64,000 nucleotides of DNA from Promethearchaeota archaeon (GTDB lineage: Archaea > Asgardarchaeota > Lokiarchaeia > Sigyniarchaeales > SOKP01), in assembly GCA_048938895.1 (NCBI GenBank), contig JBHLLU010000009.1, positions 1 through 64,000 of the forward strand. Reading direction: 5' to 3'. Positions within the stretch are counted from its first letter, which is position 1. Each line of letters begins with the position of its first letter. The position numbers and the translations under genes are program-made. Below the pieces are notes generated by a model that made no database searches, was not told the DNA's origin, and saw only the letters and a program-made list of their open reading frames with translations. Of this stretch, positions 8,926-18,832 are shown one piece after another.

Positions 8926-11190
8926 TTAAATCAATAGAAAAATTTTCTTTTCTATTAAGTCAAGTAGTGCTTCCACATCTTTCGGATTACATTCTTTTTC
9001 AGATAATAGGGCTTTTATAAGAAAATTATCTCTATTATTCATTTTCATCAATGAAACCGCTTTATTGATAAACTCCCTTTCATTCTGCGTTACTTTTAGT
9101 TTTGCAAGTTTTTCAATTTTAGCTATTTTCATTGGATATATGAAAGTAATATTTAAATTCTGCTTAAGTAAGGCTTCAATTGACTGAAACGGTTTCACAT
9201 CCCCGTTAAAGGAATCAATATTTTCTCCAAAATTTTTATAAATATTGTAGGCTAGTTCTTCAATTGAGTATAAGAAAAATCTCGAAGGGGTTTCATGCAT
9301 TATCAAAATTAATCTAATATTAACAAATTCAGTCATTAAGATGATGCGTTCTCTGTATTCTAACTTTATTGTTTGTGATTGATCCTCAACTTTGATTAAT
9401 TCTATACCAAAAGAGTGAATTGCCTGTAAAAATCCTGAAATTAACGCAGCATCGATTTCTTCCTCTGAAAAATTTTGGGTATAAACATTTAAGCCAGATT
9501 TTTTATCGGTGACCATTAAATACTCAAGGTTTAAGATGTCAATACATGAATCATAGAGTTTTTGCTTTTTCTCTAATTGGACATCTCGGAATTTTTTTAC
9601 ATATCGATATGAAATTAATCCTACTGTTACTATTCCTAATGTACCAATTACTATAAGAATAACCATCCATGGTTCTATTGTAAAGGGAACAGAAATTTTA
9701 AAATCCTTACTACTCATCCCAATGTCGGTATGATTGTTCCAGAATACCTCTGCGATATATTTTCCTTCTGTCCAATTTGATGGGATCTCATATGAGAAAA
9801 AATTTGGTGGTGAAAAACAATCTTCTGGAGGGATTAATTCTGGTTTCTTACTTTGTTTTATTATTATAAAAGTATAATTACCTTGAGTTGGAGGAGGAGT
9901 AAAAGAATATTCTAGCTCATCTCCTCTCATCCATTTTGTTTTTGTAATGTCTATATCTAAGTCGATAATTGGAGAATAAGCTTTAATCTGCCATTCAGCT
10001 CCAGCCTCTATAGTGCCATTGGGAATAGTAATAATTCTATTAAAAATGTTAAAATTTACTAATGAAGTTACGTTTTCCATATTTCTATATATATTAATAT
10101 TATACCAGTTTCTTGGAATCTCAAATTGTAGGGAGTAGTTTTGGGTAACCCTATTGAATATTGGCTCCATCGTCCAAAGAACTTGAGATTCTTCGATTTT
10201 TGCATTATTATTAGTTATGAATGAATTTCTTAATTTAACTGAATAATTATAATTAAATTGTAAGGGTGCTGTTCTATTAATTATGAGAGGAAGAACCAGA
10301 GTTACTGCTTCCTGAAAAAAAATATGGTCAATTATTTTCAAAAATCCAATTCCAACGCTTAATCCATCAGTTATTTCATAATTTTCTCCTTTAATTTCAG
10401 CAGTCATGTTCAGGTCTGATGGGAAAAAATTTCCAACAACTTTCTGGTGTATTTTGTACAAAAAACTTGAATTAAAAACTCCTGTACTCCAAGAAGTCTG
10501 ATAGGATGATGTGTGTAAATATGGAATTGTTGGATTAAAGTTATCTATTTGCCAATAATACTTCGCATCAACGTTTACTGGCAAATTCGTTCCATTCATT
10601 ACTAATGAATAATTTCCGATTGAAAGTATAATTGGATCTAAAGAAAAATCTTGATAATACCAATCCAAATTAAGAGATATATTCAAATCTATGGATCTTA
10701 AAATAGTATTATTAGGGTTATGAGTTCCTTCGGTGAATCCCTGTATTTGAAATTTAATCGTTTCATTTGCTTGAGGAGTCTTTTGTCCTCTGATAAAAAT
10801 GCCAAATATTTCAGTAGGTTCTAAAATTTCAAGTTGCGTAGCTAAGGCAAATGTTCTAATTGAAGGGTTTTTATTGATTACTGGAATCTGGTCCGTGCTC
10901 GTGTCTTCAATCGTTTTAATTTCTTTGCCCAATTCTATATCGTTAAAATTAATGTTTATATCTGTAACGGTCCAATTTTCTTCTGGTAATTGAATATTTA
11001 TCCCACTGGCATTTGATTTTAAACCTTCTACTTCAGAATATTCATTAAATTCTAAATTTGAAGAAAAGGAAATAGGTTCCCCATTAATTTGGCCATAAGA
11101 GGATGGAGTGAAATAAAGTATACTAAAATTAAGAAACATAAAAGTGAGTAAGGCAACTAATCCATTTTTAAATTTAATATTCGTTATCAA
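8926..11190 (-). CDS. Paralogous single-pass membrane protein with cytoplasmic longin-like domain
   Basis: Same architecture. Shares LG.E.KTIED, YLVLNGT/YSLVMNGT, NMTA, SGLNVY...LISGFLQAIHSFGIE and QSQTIKLEY with 6576..8825. Confidence 0.7.
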   Translation of the reverse strand: MITNIKFKNGLVALLTFMFLNFSILYFTPSSYGQINGEPISFSSNLEFNEYSEVEGLKSNASGINIQLPEENWTVTDININFNDIELGKEIKTIEDTSTDQIPVINKNPSIRTFALATQLEILEPTEIFGIFIRGQKTPQANETIKFQIQGFTEGTHNPNNTILRSIDLNISLNLDWYYQDFSLDPIILSIGNYSLVMNGTNLPVNVDAKYYWQIDNFNPTIPYLHTSSYQTSWSTGVFNSSFLYKIHQKVVGNFFPSDLNMTAEIKGENYEITDGLSVGIGFLKIIDHIFFQEAVTLVLPLIINRTAPLQFNYNYSVKLRNSFITNNNAKIEESQVLWTMEPIFNRVTQNYSLQFEIPRNWYNINIYRNMENVTSLVNFNIFNRIITIPNGTIEAGAEWQIKAYSPIIDLDIDITKTKWMRGDELEYSFTPPPTQGNYTFIIIKQSKKPELIPPEDCFSPPNFFSYEIPSNWTEGKYIAEVFWNNHTDIGMSSKDFKISVPFTIEPWMVILIVIGTLGIVTVGLISYRYVKKFRDVQLEKKQKLYDSCIDILNLEYLMVTDKKSGLNVYTQNFSEEEIDAALISGFLQAIHSFGIELIKVEDQSQTIKLEYRERIILMTEFVNIRLILIMHETPSRFFLYSIEELAYNIYKNFGENIDSFNGDVKPFQSIEALLKQNLNITFIYPMKIAKIEKLAKLKVTQNEREFINKAVSLMKMNNRDNFLIKALLSEKECNPKDVEALLDLIEKKIFLLI

Positions 11191-11369
11191 TTAAAACCCT
11201 TTAATACCCATATTTTAGATCGAATTAAGAATTTAGTTCGATTCTGTCTTTAAATAATTTATTGTAATAAAATATTTAACATTTTTGTTCTTAATTCTCG
11301 CAATTTAGATATTTGATCCTTAATAATCTATTATAGGTATAAATTATGAGCATAAAAATGTGATTTGAA

Positions 11370-12647
11370 ATGGAAAATTTGGATCTTAATGATTTTCGCG
11401 ATTATATAGGAATGTTTCCACCCCGGTCATTTGCAGATCAGACATGTTATTTTATTTCTGGGTTTGCTAATTCTGGTGTATTTGAGACGACGGAAGGACT
11501 AGTAATATTTGATCTCCCAATCCGCCAATTAGAAATGAGGATGTTTACTAACTTACGAAAATTTACAAATAAACCAGTTAAATATTTTGTCTTTTCACAT
11601 GGTCATTTTGATCATGCTTTTGGATATCTCCCATTTTTAGAGGAAATTAAAGAGAAAGGTTGGGAATTACCTGAAGTCATAGCTCATGAAAATTGTATTC
11701 AACGGTTCAAAAAATATCAAATGTTAGATAAATATCATGACTGGATTAACAAAATGCAATTTGCTTCTATTAGAGGAAGAGCACAAGCAGCTGTTGTATC
11801 CCCGCAAAACATTCTTCAACCAACAATCATTCTAAAAGGGAATGAAGATTGTTATAAGTTTCGATTGGGTAATACAAATTTTGAATTATATCATAATAAA
11901 GGAGAAACTGATGATTCGATTTGGTTGTGGGTACCTGAAAAGAAAACTATCTGTGCGGGTGATTTAATGATTAATTCATTTCCTAATGTGGGAAATCCTT
12001 ACAAAGTTCAAAGATATCCTAACGATTGGGCTTTAGCATTAGATAAAATGATGGAGAAAAAGGCGGAGTATATAGTTCCTGGTCATGGAAAGTTAATTGA
12101 AGGGAAAGAAAACGTGAAGGAAGCGTTGCAGACTACTTCTGAGGCAATGCATTTTGTTCATGATGAAGTTGTTAAAAGGATGAATGAGGGAAAGTGGTTC
12201 GAAGAAATTTTTCATGAAATGGTAGCAATTCAACCACCCAAATTTAAAGAAAACCCATATTTAAGAGAAATATATGGATGCTACCGCTTTGCAATTCATG
12301 CCACTTATAGACTTTACCATGGTTGGTATAATAGTGGAAATCCAACTGATTTATTCCCATCAAAATCAGAATATATTGCTCGAGAGTTCTTAAAGATTAA
12401 TAAAGCAGAGGATTATTATGAGCACGCTAAGAACCTTTATAGTGATGGAAAATTTCAATTAGCCCTCCATGTTCTCGATGTTGTAATTAAAGGAAATGAA
12501 GATAAGAGTTCTATGGTATTTCAAGAAGCTCTAAAATTAAAAATCAGGATCTTAAAGAAGAAATCGAAAGAGGAATCTTCGTTTATAGCTTCAAATATTA
12601 TCAACAATGCAGTTTCAGATCTTAAAGAAAAGTTGAGAGAATTATAA
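11370..12647 (+). CDS. MBL-fold hydrolase, alkyl sulfatase (SdsA1/BDS1-like) with dimerisation domain
   Basis: SHGHFDH motif, GETDD, GDL..FPNVGNP, PGHG, YHGWY.GNP. Confidence 0.85.
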   Translation: MENLDLNDFRDYIGMFPPRSFADQTCYFISGFANSGVFETTEGLVIFDLPIRQLEMRMFTNLRKFTNKPVKYFVFSHGHFDHAFGYLPFLEEIKEKGWELPEVIAHENCIQRFKKYQMLDKYHDWINKMQFASIRGRAQAAVVSPQNILQPTIILKGNEDCYKFRLGNTNFELYHNKGETDDSIWLWVPEKKTICAGDLMINSFPNVGNPYKVQRYPNDWALALDKMMEKKAEYIVPGHGKLIEGKENVKEALQTTSEAMHFVHDEVVKRMNEGKWFEEIFHEMVAIQPPKFKENPYLREIYGCYRFAIHATYRLYHGWYNSGNPTDLFPSKSEYIAREFLKINKAEDYYEHAKNLYSDGKFQLALHVLDVVIKGNEDKSSMVFQEALKLKIRILKKKSKEESSFIASNIINNAVSDLKEKLREL

Positions 12648-12655
12648 ATTTTGGG

Positions 12656-14182
12656 TTATGATCCAGCAATTCTTTTAGGGAAATATGTCTGAGCTTTAAG
12701 ATTTTCATGTAAGAGTTTGTCCACTAGTTCAAATCTCTTTTCTTTAAAATTTTGATTATCCCAGAGATTATTTAACTCATCTGGATCATTTTTTCTATCA
12801 TAAATGTCTCCATATCCGGGAAGACTTTCATAAACAGTTAATTTATACTGTTCAGTGATCAAATGACGGAGTCTTGATTTAAGATCCCCTATTTCTTCGT
12901 CATTTTCTATGAAGCAACAATCCCTTATTTTTGTATTAGGATTCTCTAATATAGGCGATATATCAAAGCCTTGCATATCAGGTGGATGGTGTCTTTCTTT
13001 TATGTTTAGTATACTCAAGATGGTCTTTGGATAATCAATCGTACTGACTAAAGAATCTGAAACAACACCGTTTTCAGTTATTCCTGGTACCTTGAATATT
13101 AAAGGAAGTTGCAACACACCGTTATAAGGGCAAGGACCTTTAAAAAGAAGGCCATGGTCACCCATTAAATCCCCATGATCACTTGTAAATACTACTATAG
13201 TATTTTTGGAAATACCTAACTTTTCTATGGATGCTAAAATATGCCCTATACTGAAATCAATGTATCTTATCGAAGCATAAGTCAGTGCAATTATTTTTCT
13301 AACTTCTTCTTCTGTTGATTCTCGTAAAAACGCCTTTTTAAAAGGGGGATTTCTCAGATGTTTCCCTAAGAATTTGTGATTATATAAGTTTTTAACATCA
13401 TTAAAAGTACCTGGAAGTTCAATTTCTTCAGGATTATACATATCGCGATAATTTTTAGGAGGAGTTATGGGATAATGAGGGTCTGGAAATGAACAATGTA
13501 AATAAAAAGGTCTATTTTCATACTCCCCCTTAGCAAATCTTTCTAAAAATGCAATGGTACGTTCTTTTACATAAGTAGTATTGTAGTATTCTTCAGGGAT
13601 ATCATCACAAAATAATCTAAATAACGAATCATAATTTAGGCATCGCTGTTTAACCTTTTCTGCGATTGAAGGGGATCTCTCCTCTAACCATTCAATATAA
13701 TGACCAGAACAAATACTTCCATTTCCCACTACAACTTCTACTTCATCATAACCATAATATGGATGTGGAAATTTTTCTCTTACGGGGTCATTTCTCCCTT
13801 TAGGATTAACCCACGTTGCGATATTCTCTGCTGATAGAGACTTGCGTTTGAAGGGATTTATCCAGAATTGGTGATGAATTTTCCCAATAGCCGCTGTATG
13901 CCATCCTTTATTTCGAAGGGTATTTATTATATTTGGAATATTTTTCCTTAATTTCATTCCATTACTCCTAACACCGTGCACATTAGGGTAAAGTCCAGTT
14001 ATCATGGTGGCACGATTTGGCATGCAAATTGGATTTGTACAAAAATAGTTTGTAAATCTCACACTTTCGCTCGCAAGTTTATCAATATTTGGCGTTTTCA
14101 ATGTTTTGTTCCCATAACAACTTAAATAGTCTACTCTTTGGGCATCTGTTATAATGAACAGAATATTCATTTTTTCTGGCAT
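12656..14182 (-). CDS. Formylglycine-dependent sulfatase
   Basis: NILFIITD, CMPNR (CxPxR), GKIH, SFPDPH, FTSDHGD. Confidence 0.9.
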   Translation of the reverse strand: MPEKMNILFIITDAQRVDYLSCYGNKTLKTPNIDKLASESVRFTNYFCTNPICMPNRATMITGLYPNVHGVRSNGMKLRKNIPNIINTLRNKGWHTAAIGKIHHQFWINPFKRKSLSAENIATWVNPKGRNDPVREKFPHPYYGYDEVEVVVGNGSICSGHYIEWLEERSPSIAEKVKQRCLNYDSLFRLFCDDIPEEYYNTTYVKERTIAFLERFAKGEYENRPFYLHCSFPDPHYPITPPKNYRDMYNPEEIELPGTFNDVKNLYNHKFLGKHLRNPPFKKAFLRESTEEEVRKIIALTYASIRYIDFSIGHILASIEKLGISKNTIVVFTSDHGDLMGDHGLLFKGPCPYNGVLQLPLIFKVPGITENGVVSDSLVSTIDYPKTILSILNIKERHHPPDMQGFDISPILENPNTKIRDCCFIENDEEIGDLKSRLRHLITEQYKLTVYESLPGYGDIYDRKNDPDELNNLWDNQNFKEKRFELVDKLLHENLKAQTYFPKRIAGS

Positions 14183-14230
14183 TGAAGGACCACTTCATAA
14201 AGAAAATAAGAATAAATGGTAAAATTATTC

Positions 14231-15475
14231 TTAATTATTAACATTTCTGAGGGGTGTCATAAAGCCCCCTGCTGTCCGTTCTGATAAAGGAGTCATTGAT
14301 TCACATTCTTCAATCTTTACTTCTTTTTCAAAGATGAACTTACCAATTTTTTGGGCTTTAGAATACAATTCCTTATGGCTCTTTTCTTCAATAGGTTTAA
14401 AGAGATGCAATTTTACAAAACTTTCAGGTTTTTCTTCTGTATCCCATACACCAATAACACGTCCATCTATCAAAATTGTTGCCGAAATATTACCAGAATT
14501 GTCGAACACAAATTTTGTAAAGTTAGAATCTATATATCTATCTCTTTCTTTATACCCCATTGGATATGGATCAAGTTCAGGTAAAAATGTTAAGATTGCT
14601 TCTTGGTCATTATCCTTTATTTTCAAAGAATCTATATCTTCCTTGAAAAGAAAATAGATTCCTTTTAATTCTGAGATTTGTATCCTTTCAAGGTGAGGAG
14701 TTAAAGCTTTTAATGCCACTCTAATTTTTGTTTTAGTTAATCCTGACCACCAAGAGATATCATTTTCGCTTACAGGCCCATAAGCTTTAATATATTTTTC
14801 TACAAGTAGCTGAATTGCTTGCTGCTCATCAAATTCTTGAACATTAATATCCGAAAGATATTCATGAAACAGAGCATATTTGTTCCGTTTGTCTTTCCAA
14901 CCCTTTATTGGTCTTGCCCTTATCAATAATCGATTATTACTCATAACTTGAATAATTCCAGGAACATCTAGCTTCGAATTTAATTCTTTTCTGATTTCGG
15001 TAGCAGATAATTCTTTTCCTTTTAAGATGTCAAGAATTTGAGCTGAAGTTTCTTGATAATCCTTTAACGAAATTCCCCTAACTTCCATGTATTTTTCAAA
15101 AGACTTATTTATTAAATTATAAGTAGCTGCGTGTACAATTGGGATCATTTTCCTTGATTCAATAAACAATGTTCTTCGCATACCTCGAATTCTACCTAGA
15201 TTTTTATTTATATATAACTCCTTTTCTAAATTGATTTTTTTAAATGTATTAGACCTTGCAAATAATGTAAGGTAAGAGGTTGTAAGATTTGTTGAATGTA
15301 AACCACAAAGATCATCTGTTATTTGAATAATATCCTCAATTTTGGAATTATTTGTAAGGTGTTGCTTTTCTAAGAGAAATTTATTTATTCTTTTCAAATC
15401 GAATGAAATCATATTCTCTTGGTTATGAAGAGTCAATACAAAAAAAAATTTATTAAAAATTTTTTCAAAGAACAA
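14231..15475 (-). CDS. AlkZ/YcaQ (HTH_42) family winged-helix DNA glycosylase; likely start near MISFDLKR
   Basis: GLHST in the catalytic-motif position, RGMRRTLF, YIKAYGPVS..DISWWSGL, LPELDPYPMGY, ILIDGRVIGVW. Confidence 0.8.
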   Translation of the reverse strand: MFFEKIFNKFFFVLTLHNQENMISFDLKRINKFLLEKQHLTNNSKIEDIIQITDDLCGLHSTNLTTSYLTLFARSNTFKKINLEKELYINKNLGRIRGMRRTLFIESRKMIPIVHAATYNLINKSFEKYMEVRGISLKDYQETSAQILDILKGKELSATEIRKELNSKLDVPGIIQVMSNNRLLIRARPIKGWKDKRNKYALFHEYLSDINVQEFDEQQAIQLLVEKYIKAYGPVSENDISWWSGLTKTKIRVALKALTPHLERIQISELKGIYFLFKEDIDSLKIKDNDQEAILTFLPELDPYPMGYKERDRYIDSNFTKFVFDNSGNISATILIDGRVIGVWDTEEKPESFVKLHLFKPIEEKSHKELYSKAQKIGKFIFEKEVKIEECESMTPLSERTAGGFMTPLRNVNN

Positions 15476-15478
15476 TAT

Positions 15479-16387
15479 TTATCTTGGGATCTTTCGCTTC
15501 ATTGTTTTAAACCTTGGATCTTTAATATAAGTATTTAGTGCTGTTATAAAATCCTTTTTGTCTTTTTGAATGTTTACTGAGTCAATGTAGCAATAATTTG
15601 CAGCGTGATCATTAAAAACTTGAGAGGTAACATTATCCCCCAAATTTGCAATAATGTCTCTTTCTTCTATGAGAAATTCCACAGGATCAATTAGTTCAAA
15701 GTCCCCCTTCTCTAAATCATACCATAAAGGTATGTTGGGTCCAACTCCAAGAGATCTGAATCGAAATATCGTTGGATTAATCTCGGTGAGAACTCTTGCT
15801 GTTTCGAGTACATGTTCTTTTGAATATTTCTTCCCACCTAGACCTAATAAAATATACATACTTAGTTTTATTCCAGAAGCCATCACCCTTTTACCGGCTT
15901 TGATAAAGGAATTTGCATTGGTTCCTTTATGCATAAGTCGTAGTACAGTATTACTTCCACTCTCTAAACCCATATAAATAATATCTAAACCTGCCCTCTT
16001 TAATTCCTTTAATTCTTCATCTGATTTCCGTAAAATGTCAAGGGCTTTTGAATAGCAACTCACTCTTTTAACATTATTTAATTTTTCTCTTACATATTTG
16101 ATGATTTTAATAAGGTAATCTGTAGGGGCAGAAGTAGGATTCCCTCCGGCTAAATATACAGGGAATCCATGATAACCAAGTTGAGCAGCTCTGTCTATCT
16201 GCTCAAATACATAATCCAATGGAAGAATTTCATAATCTTGATAAACTTCATAATCCTTTCCTTTATACATCCCACAGAATTTACATTTATTCCAAGAACA
16301 CCCACTAGTTACTGCAATTAGTAAACTATATGCTTCTACAGGTGGTCTGAATAGTATTTCTTTTGGAGAGGCTTTGAGTCTAATCAT
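15479..16387 (-). CDS. Radical SAM protein
   Basis: RPPVEAYS..GCSWNKCKFC (CxxxCxxC), YMGLESG. Confidence 0.85.
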   Translation of the reverse strand: MIRLKASPKEILFRPPVEAYSLLIAVTSGCSWNKCKFCGMYKGKDYEVYQDYEILPLDYVFEQIDRAAQLGYHGFPVYLAGGNPTSAPTDYLIKIIKYVREKLNNVKRVSCYSKALDILRKSDEELKELKRAGLDIIYMGLESGSNTVLRLMHKGTNANSFIKAGKRVMASGIKLSMYILLGLGGKKYSKEHVLETARVLTEINPTIFRFRSLGVGPNIPLWYDLEKGDFELIDPVEFLIEERDIIANLGDNVTSQVFNDHAANYCYIDSVNIQKDKKDFITALNTYIKDPRFKTMKRKIPR

Positions 16388-16455
16388 ATTTATTTCTTAT
16401 ATGATAAGCAGTTATTATAGCAAATATATAAAAGAAAGATAGATAATTAATTATT

Positions 16456-17817
16456 TTATTTCCAAACTTTTGCCGCTTCTTTTAGATGTTCAATGGCTTC
16501 TAGTTCATTAGGTTTGATTTTTAATAATAACTCTGCACCTTGTTTTCTTTTATCCTCTGGCATTTCACCTTCAAACGCAAATGGAAATAATTTAATAAAT
16601 TCTGCAAGTAAATCTTTAGACTTAGAATATTCGTTAGAAGCTTTATTTAACGGTTCATATTGAGGTTTATCTTTATATCGTTCAGCTAATCTTTTAAGAA
16701 ACAATTCTGCTGTTTGCTTACCTTCTAATGCGCAATTGGCGACGTAACTATTGCCATGATAAATTAGATCTTCTCCCTTTTTTCCTGTTTTTAGTACATT
16801 TGCCCATTCTACAAAAGCATCTGGACCTGCAACATAATTTTCATGTGTATAAGCCTCCCCTTCTGCCATACGAATCGCACGTTCAATTGTTTCTTTATCT
16901 TTTAATTCGGTATTTACATCCACTTCTTTTCCAAAAGAAAAATAATGTAAATATCCTGGGGCTTCTAATTTGTCATATGGTATAGGTGTTTCTGGTATAC
17001 CCTGAAGGTGTCGAAATGTGCTGACAAGATAGGATTTACCTTTATATCCGTATACAATGCCATATTCTGGAATAGGAATCCCCCAAAGAACTACTGGACT
17101 TTGATTCTCATCAAATTCTTTCTTAAAATAGTTGAAAAATTTTTTAGCTCGCTCTTTTTGTGCTTCAGGGGTGTCTTCTTCGAGACTTACAACAGCATTT
17201 TCCCAGTCAGTCATCCTATCAGTATAAAATCCCATCTCAAATCCAAGAGATTCTGTACCCTTAAGAATTTCATCATATGCTTTGTGAGCTGTTGGACCAG
17301 ATGGACAAGTACTCCCTTTTGCCACATTGACTAGAAATGACCACCCACTATAACCACCCACATCAATAATACTACATTTTTTTCCAAGAGATTTCAAAAC
17401 ACCAGAAACTGCTCCCAAATATGAGATCCAACTCGATTGGAATTTTGGGACATAACTTGTTTTATTTTCACTTATTTCAGTCATCATACTTTTTCGCCAC
17501 TTTTGTGAATAATATTGTTGGACTTTTTTTCTCTCAAATTTCTCTCGAACTTTTGCATTATCATAAAAATGGTTAATTGCATTTAGTAGTTCTTGCCCAT
17601 CATGGGTAATTCGATAATTTCCTCTCTCGAAACGCTGTATTAATTTTACCTCAATCAATGTAGTTAGATTATTTGAAAGTGCTGTCTTCTGCAATTTTGT
17701 TTCACTCTTCAATTGACTAAAATTTAAATACTGCTCAGTTAATAAAGTCAATATCTGAATTCTTTTGGGATGTGCAACAGCTTTCAAAAATCTTGTCAGA
17801 CCTTCAATATTATCCAT
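16456..17817 (-). CDS. ArsR-family HTH fused to a large C-terminal domain of unknown function
   Basis: LKAVAHPKRIQIL...LSNNL..L winged HTH (about aa 1-85). C-terminal about 340 aa with GYSGWSF..CPSGP and EYGIVYGY. Confidence 0.7.
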   Translation of the reverse strand: MDNIEGLTRFLKAVAHPKRIQILTLLTEQYLNFSQLKSETKLQKTALSNNLTTLIEVKLIQRFERGNYRITHDGQELLNAINHFYDNAKVREKFERKKVQQYYSQKWRKSMMTEISENKTSYVPKFQSSWISYLGAVSGVLKSLGKKCSIIDVGGYSGWSFLVNVAKGSTCPSGPTAHKAYDEILKGTESLGFEMGFYTDRMTDWENAVVSLEEDTPEAQKERAKKFFNYFKKEFDENQSPVVLWGIPIPEYGIVYGYKGKSYLVSTFRHLQGIPETPIPYDKLEAPGYLHYFSFGKEVDVNTELKDKETIERAIRMAEGEAYTHENYVAGPDAFVEWANVLKTGKKGEDLIYHGNSYVANCALEGKQTAELFLKRLAERYKDKPQYEPLNKASNEYSKSKDLLAEFIKLFPFAFEGEMPEDKRKQGAELLLKIKPNELEAIEHLKEAAKVWK

Positions 17818-17957
17818 CTATTTTACCTTAAATTTTTGTTATAGTATTAATTACTACCTTCATATTTAAATATTCCTATTAGATCGAAACTCTGTTCATA
17901 AAAAAGCGGAATAGAGATAATAAATCTATTAAGAAACATCAAAAAAAAAGGAAAAAA

Positions 17958-18692
17958 TTATTTTTTTCTTAAAAAAAGATTCTCCATCCACCGTGGTAAT
18001 ATAAAACCTCCATAGAACTCAATTGAACTTGTTATTAGTAAAATTCTTGCAATGATCAGAACTACAATGGATATTCCACTCAATATTTCTAAAATAGATC
18101 CAATTACAAAGGAAAGGAAAGCAATAAGGAGGAGTCTTCCTTTTAATTTAATTTCTGGGGTAGTAGATCTTAGAGACTCCCGAGCAAATAAACTTCCAGA
18201 TACTAATACAAGAATCACGAGAAAAATTTGGTATATAGTTATGAAGGGTTTATATTCTGCGTCAACTGGACTTGTTACTGTTCCAATTAAATCAAAATCA
18301 ATGGAAAGTAATGAAAAAAATACGATCTCAAATATGAGTCCAGTTAGTCCAAAAAATAATAAAATAATTCTTTTCTTATCTCTATAAAGAAGATCAGTGA
18401 ATGCAACCATCCAAATAAAAGCAGTAATAGGAAGTGGGACGGCACCGATTATGAAATAAATGAATGGTGCAGACATATATCCATCTCCTCCTGTTATAAA
18501 AGCAACTAAAAAAGAAGAAGAGCTTGCATACCACGATGATACAATGCCTAGCCACACAAATCCTACGAGTATCACAGTTCTATTTTTAGTTTTTGGGTAT
18601 TTTGAAATGATATTAATACCAATAAAAATAGAAATAATCACAAATACAAGACTAAAAACTCCATTAAGGATTTCATCTGGTGTTAAAGCCAT
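17958..18692 (-). CDS. 7-TM membrane protein
   Basis: Seven hydrophobic segments and a C-terminal GFILPRW motif. Confidence 0.7.
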   Translation of the reverse strand: MALTPDEILNGVFSLVFVIISIFIGINIISKYPKTKNRTVILVGFVWLGIVSSWYASSSSFLVAFITGGDGYMSAPFIYFIIGAVPLPITAFIWMVAFTDLLYRDKKRIILLFFGLTGLIFEIVFFSLLSIDFDLIGTVTSPVDAEYKPFITIYQIFLVILVLVSGSLFARESLRSTTPEIKLKGRLLLIAFLSFVIGSILEILSGISIVVLIIARILLITSSIEFYGGFILPRWMENLFLRKK

Positions 18693-18832
18693 ATTAATTA
18701 CATTTTTTCTATAATTAAAAAAATCAATTATCTGAATGAAATTTATTGCTAAAAAAATAAATAATCATATATCACGCATTTATTATTATTATTATTATAT
18801 AGAGAAGATTACTATTTTCTTTCAATATTATA

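Noticed and set aside
11219-11242. Inverted repeat ATCGAATTAA-GAAT-TTAGTTCGAT between divergent genes
   Set aside because: A single AT-rich instance with no second copy noticed, so it is too weak to assign a function.
15479-16387. Radical SAM protein as an anaerobic sulfatase maturase
   Set aside because: It has no C-terminal Cys-rich SPASM domain, and the N-terminal RPPxEA pattern belongs to a different family.
17958-18692. 7-TM protein as a rhodopsin or GPCR
   Set aside because: No retinal-binding Lys motif in helix 7 and no GPCR signature; a 7-TM count alone is insufficient.
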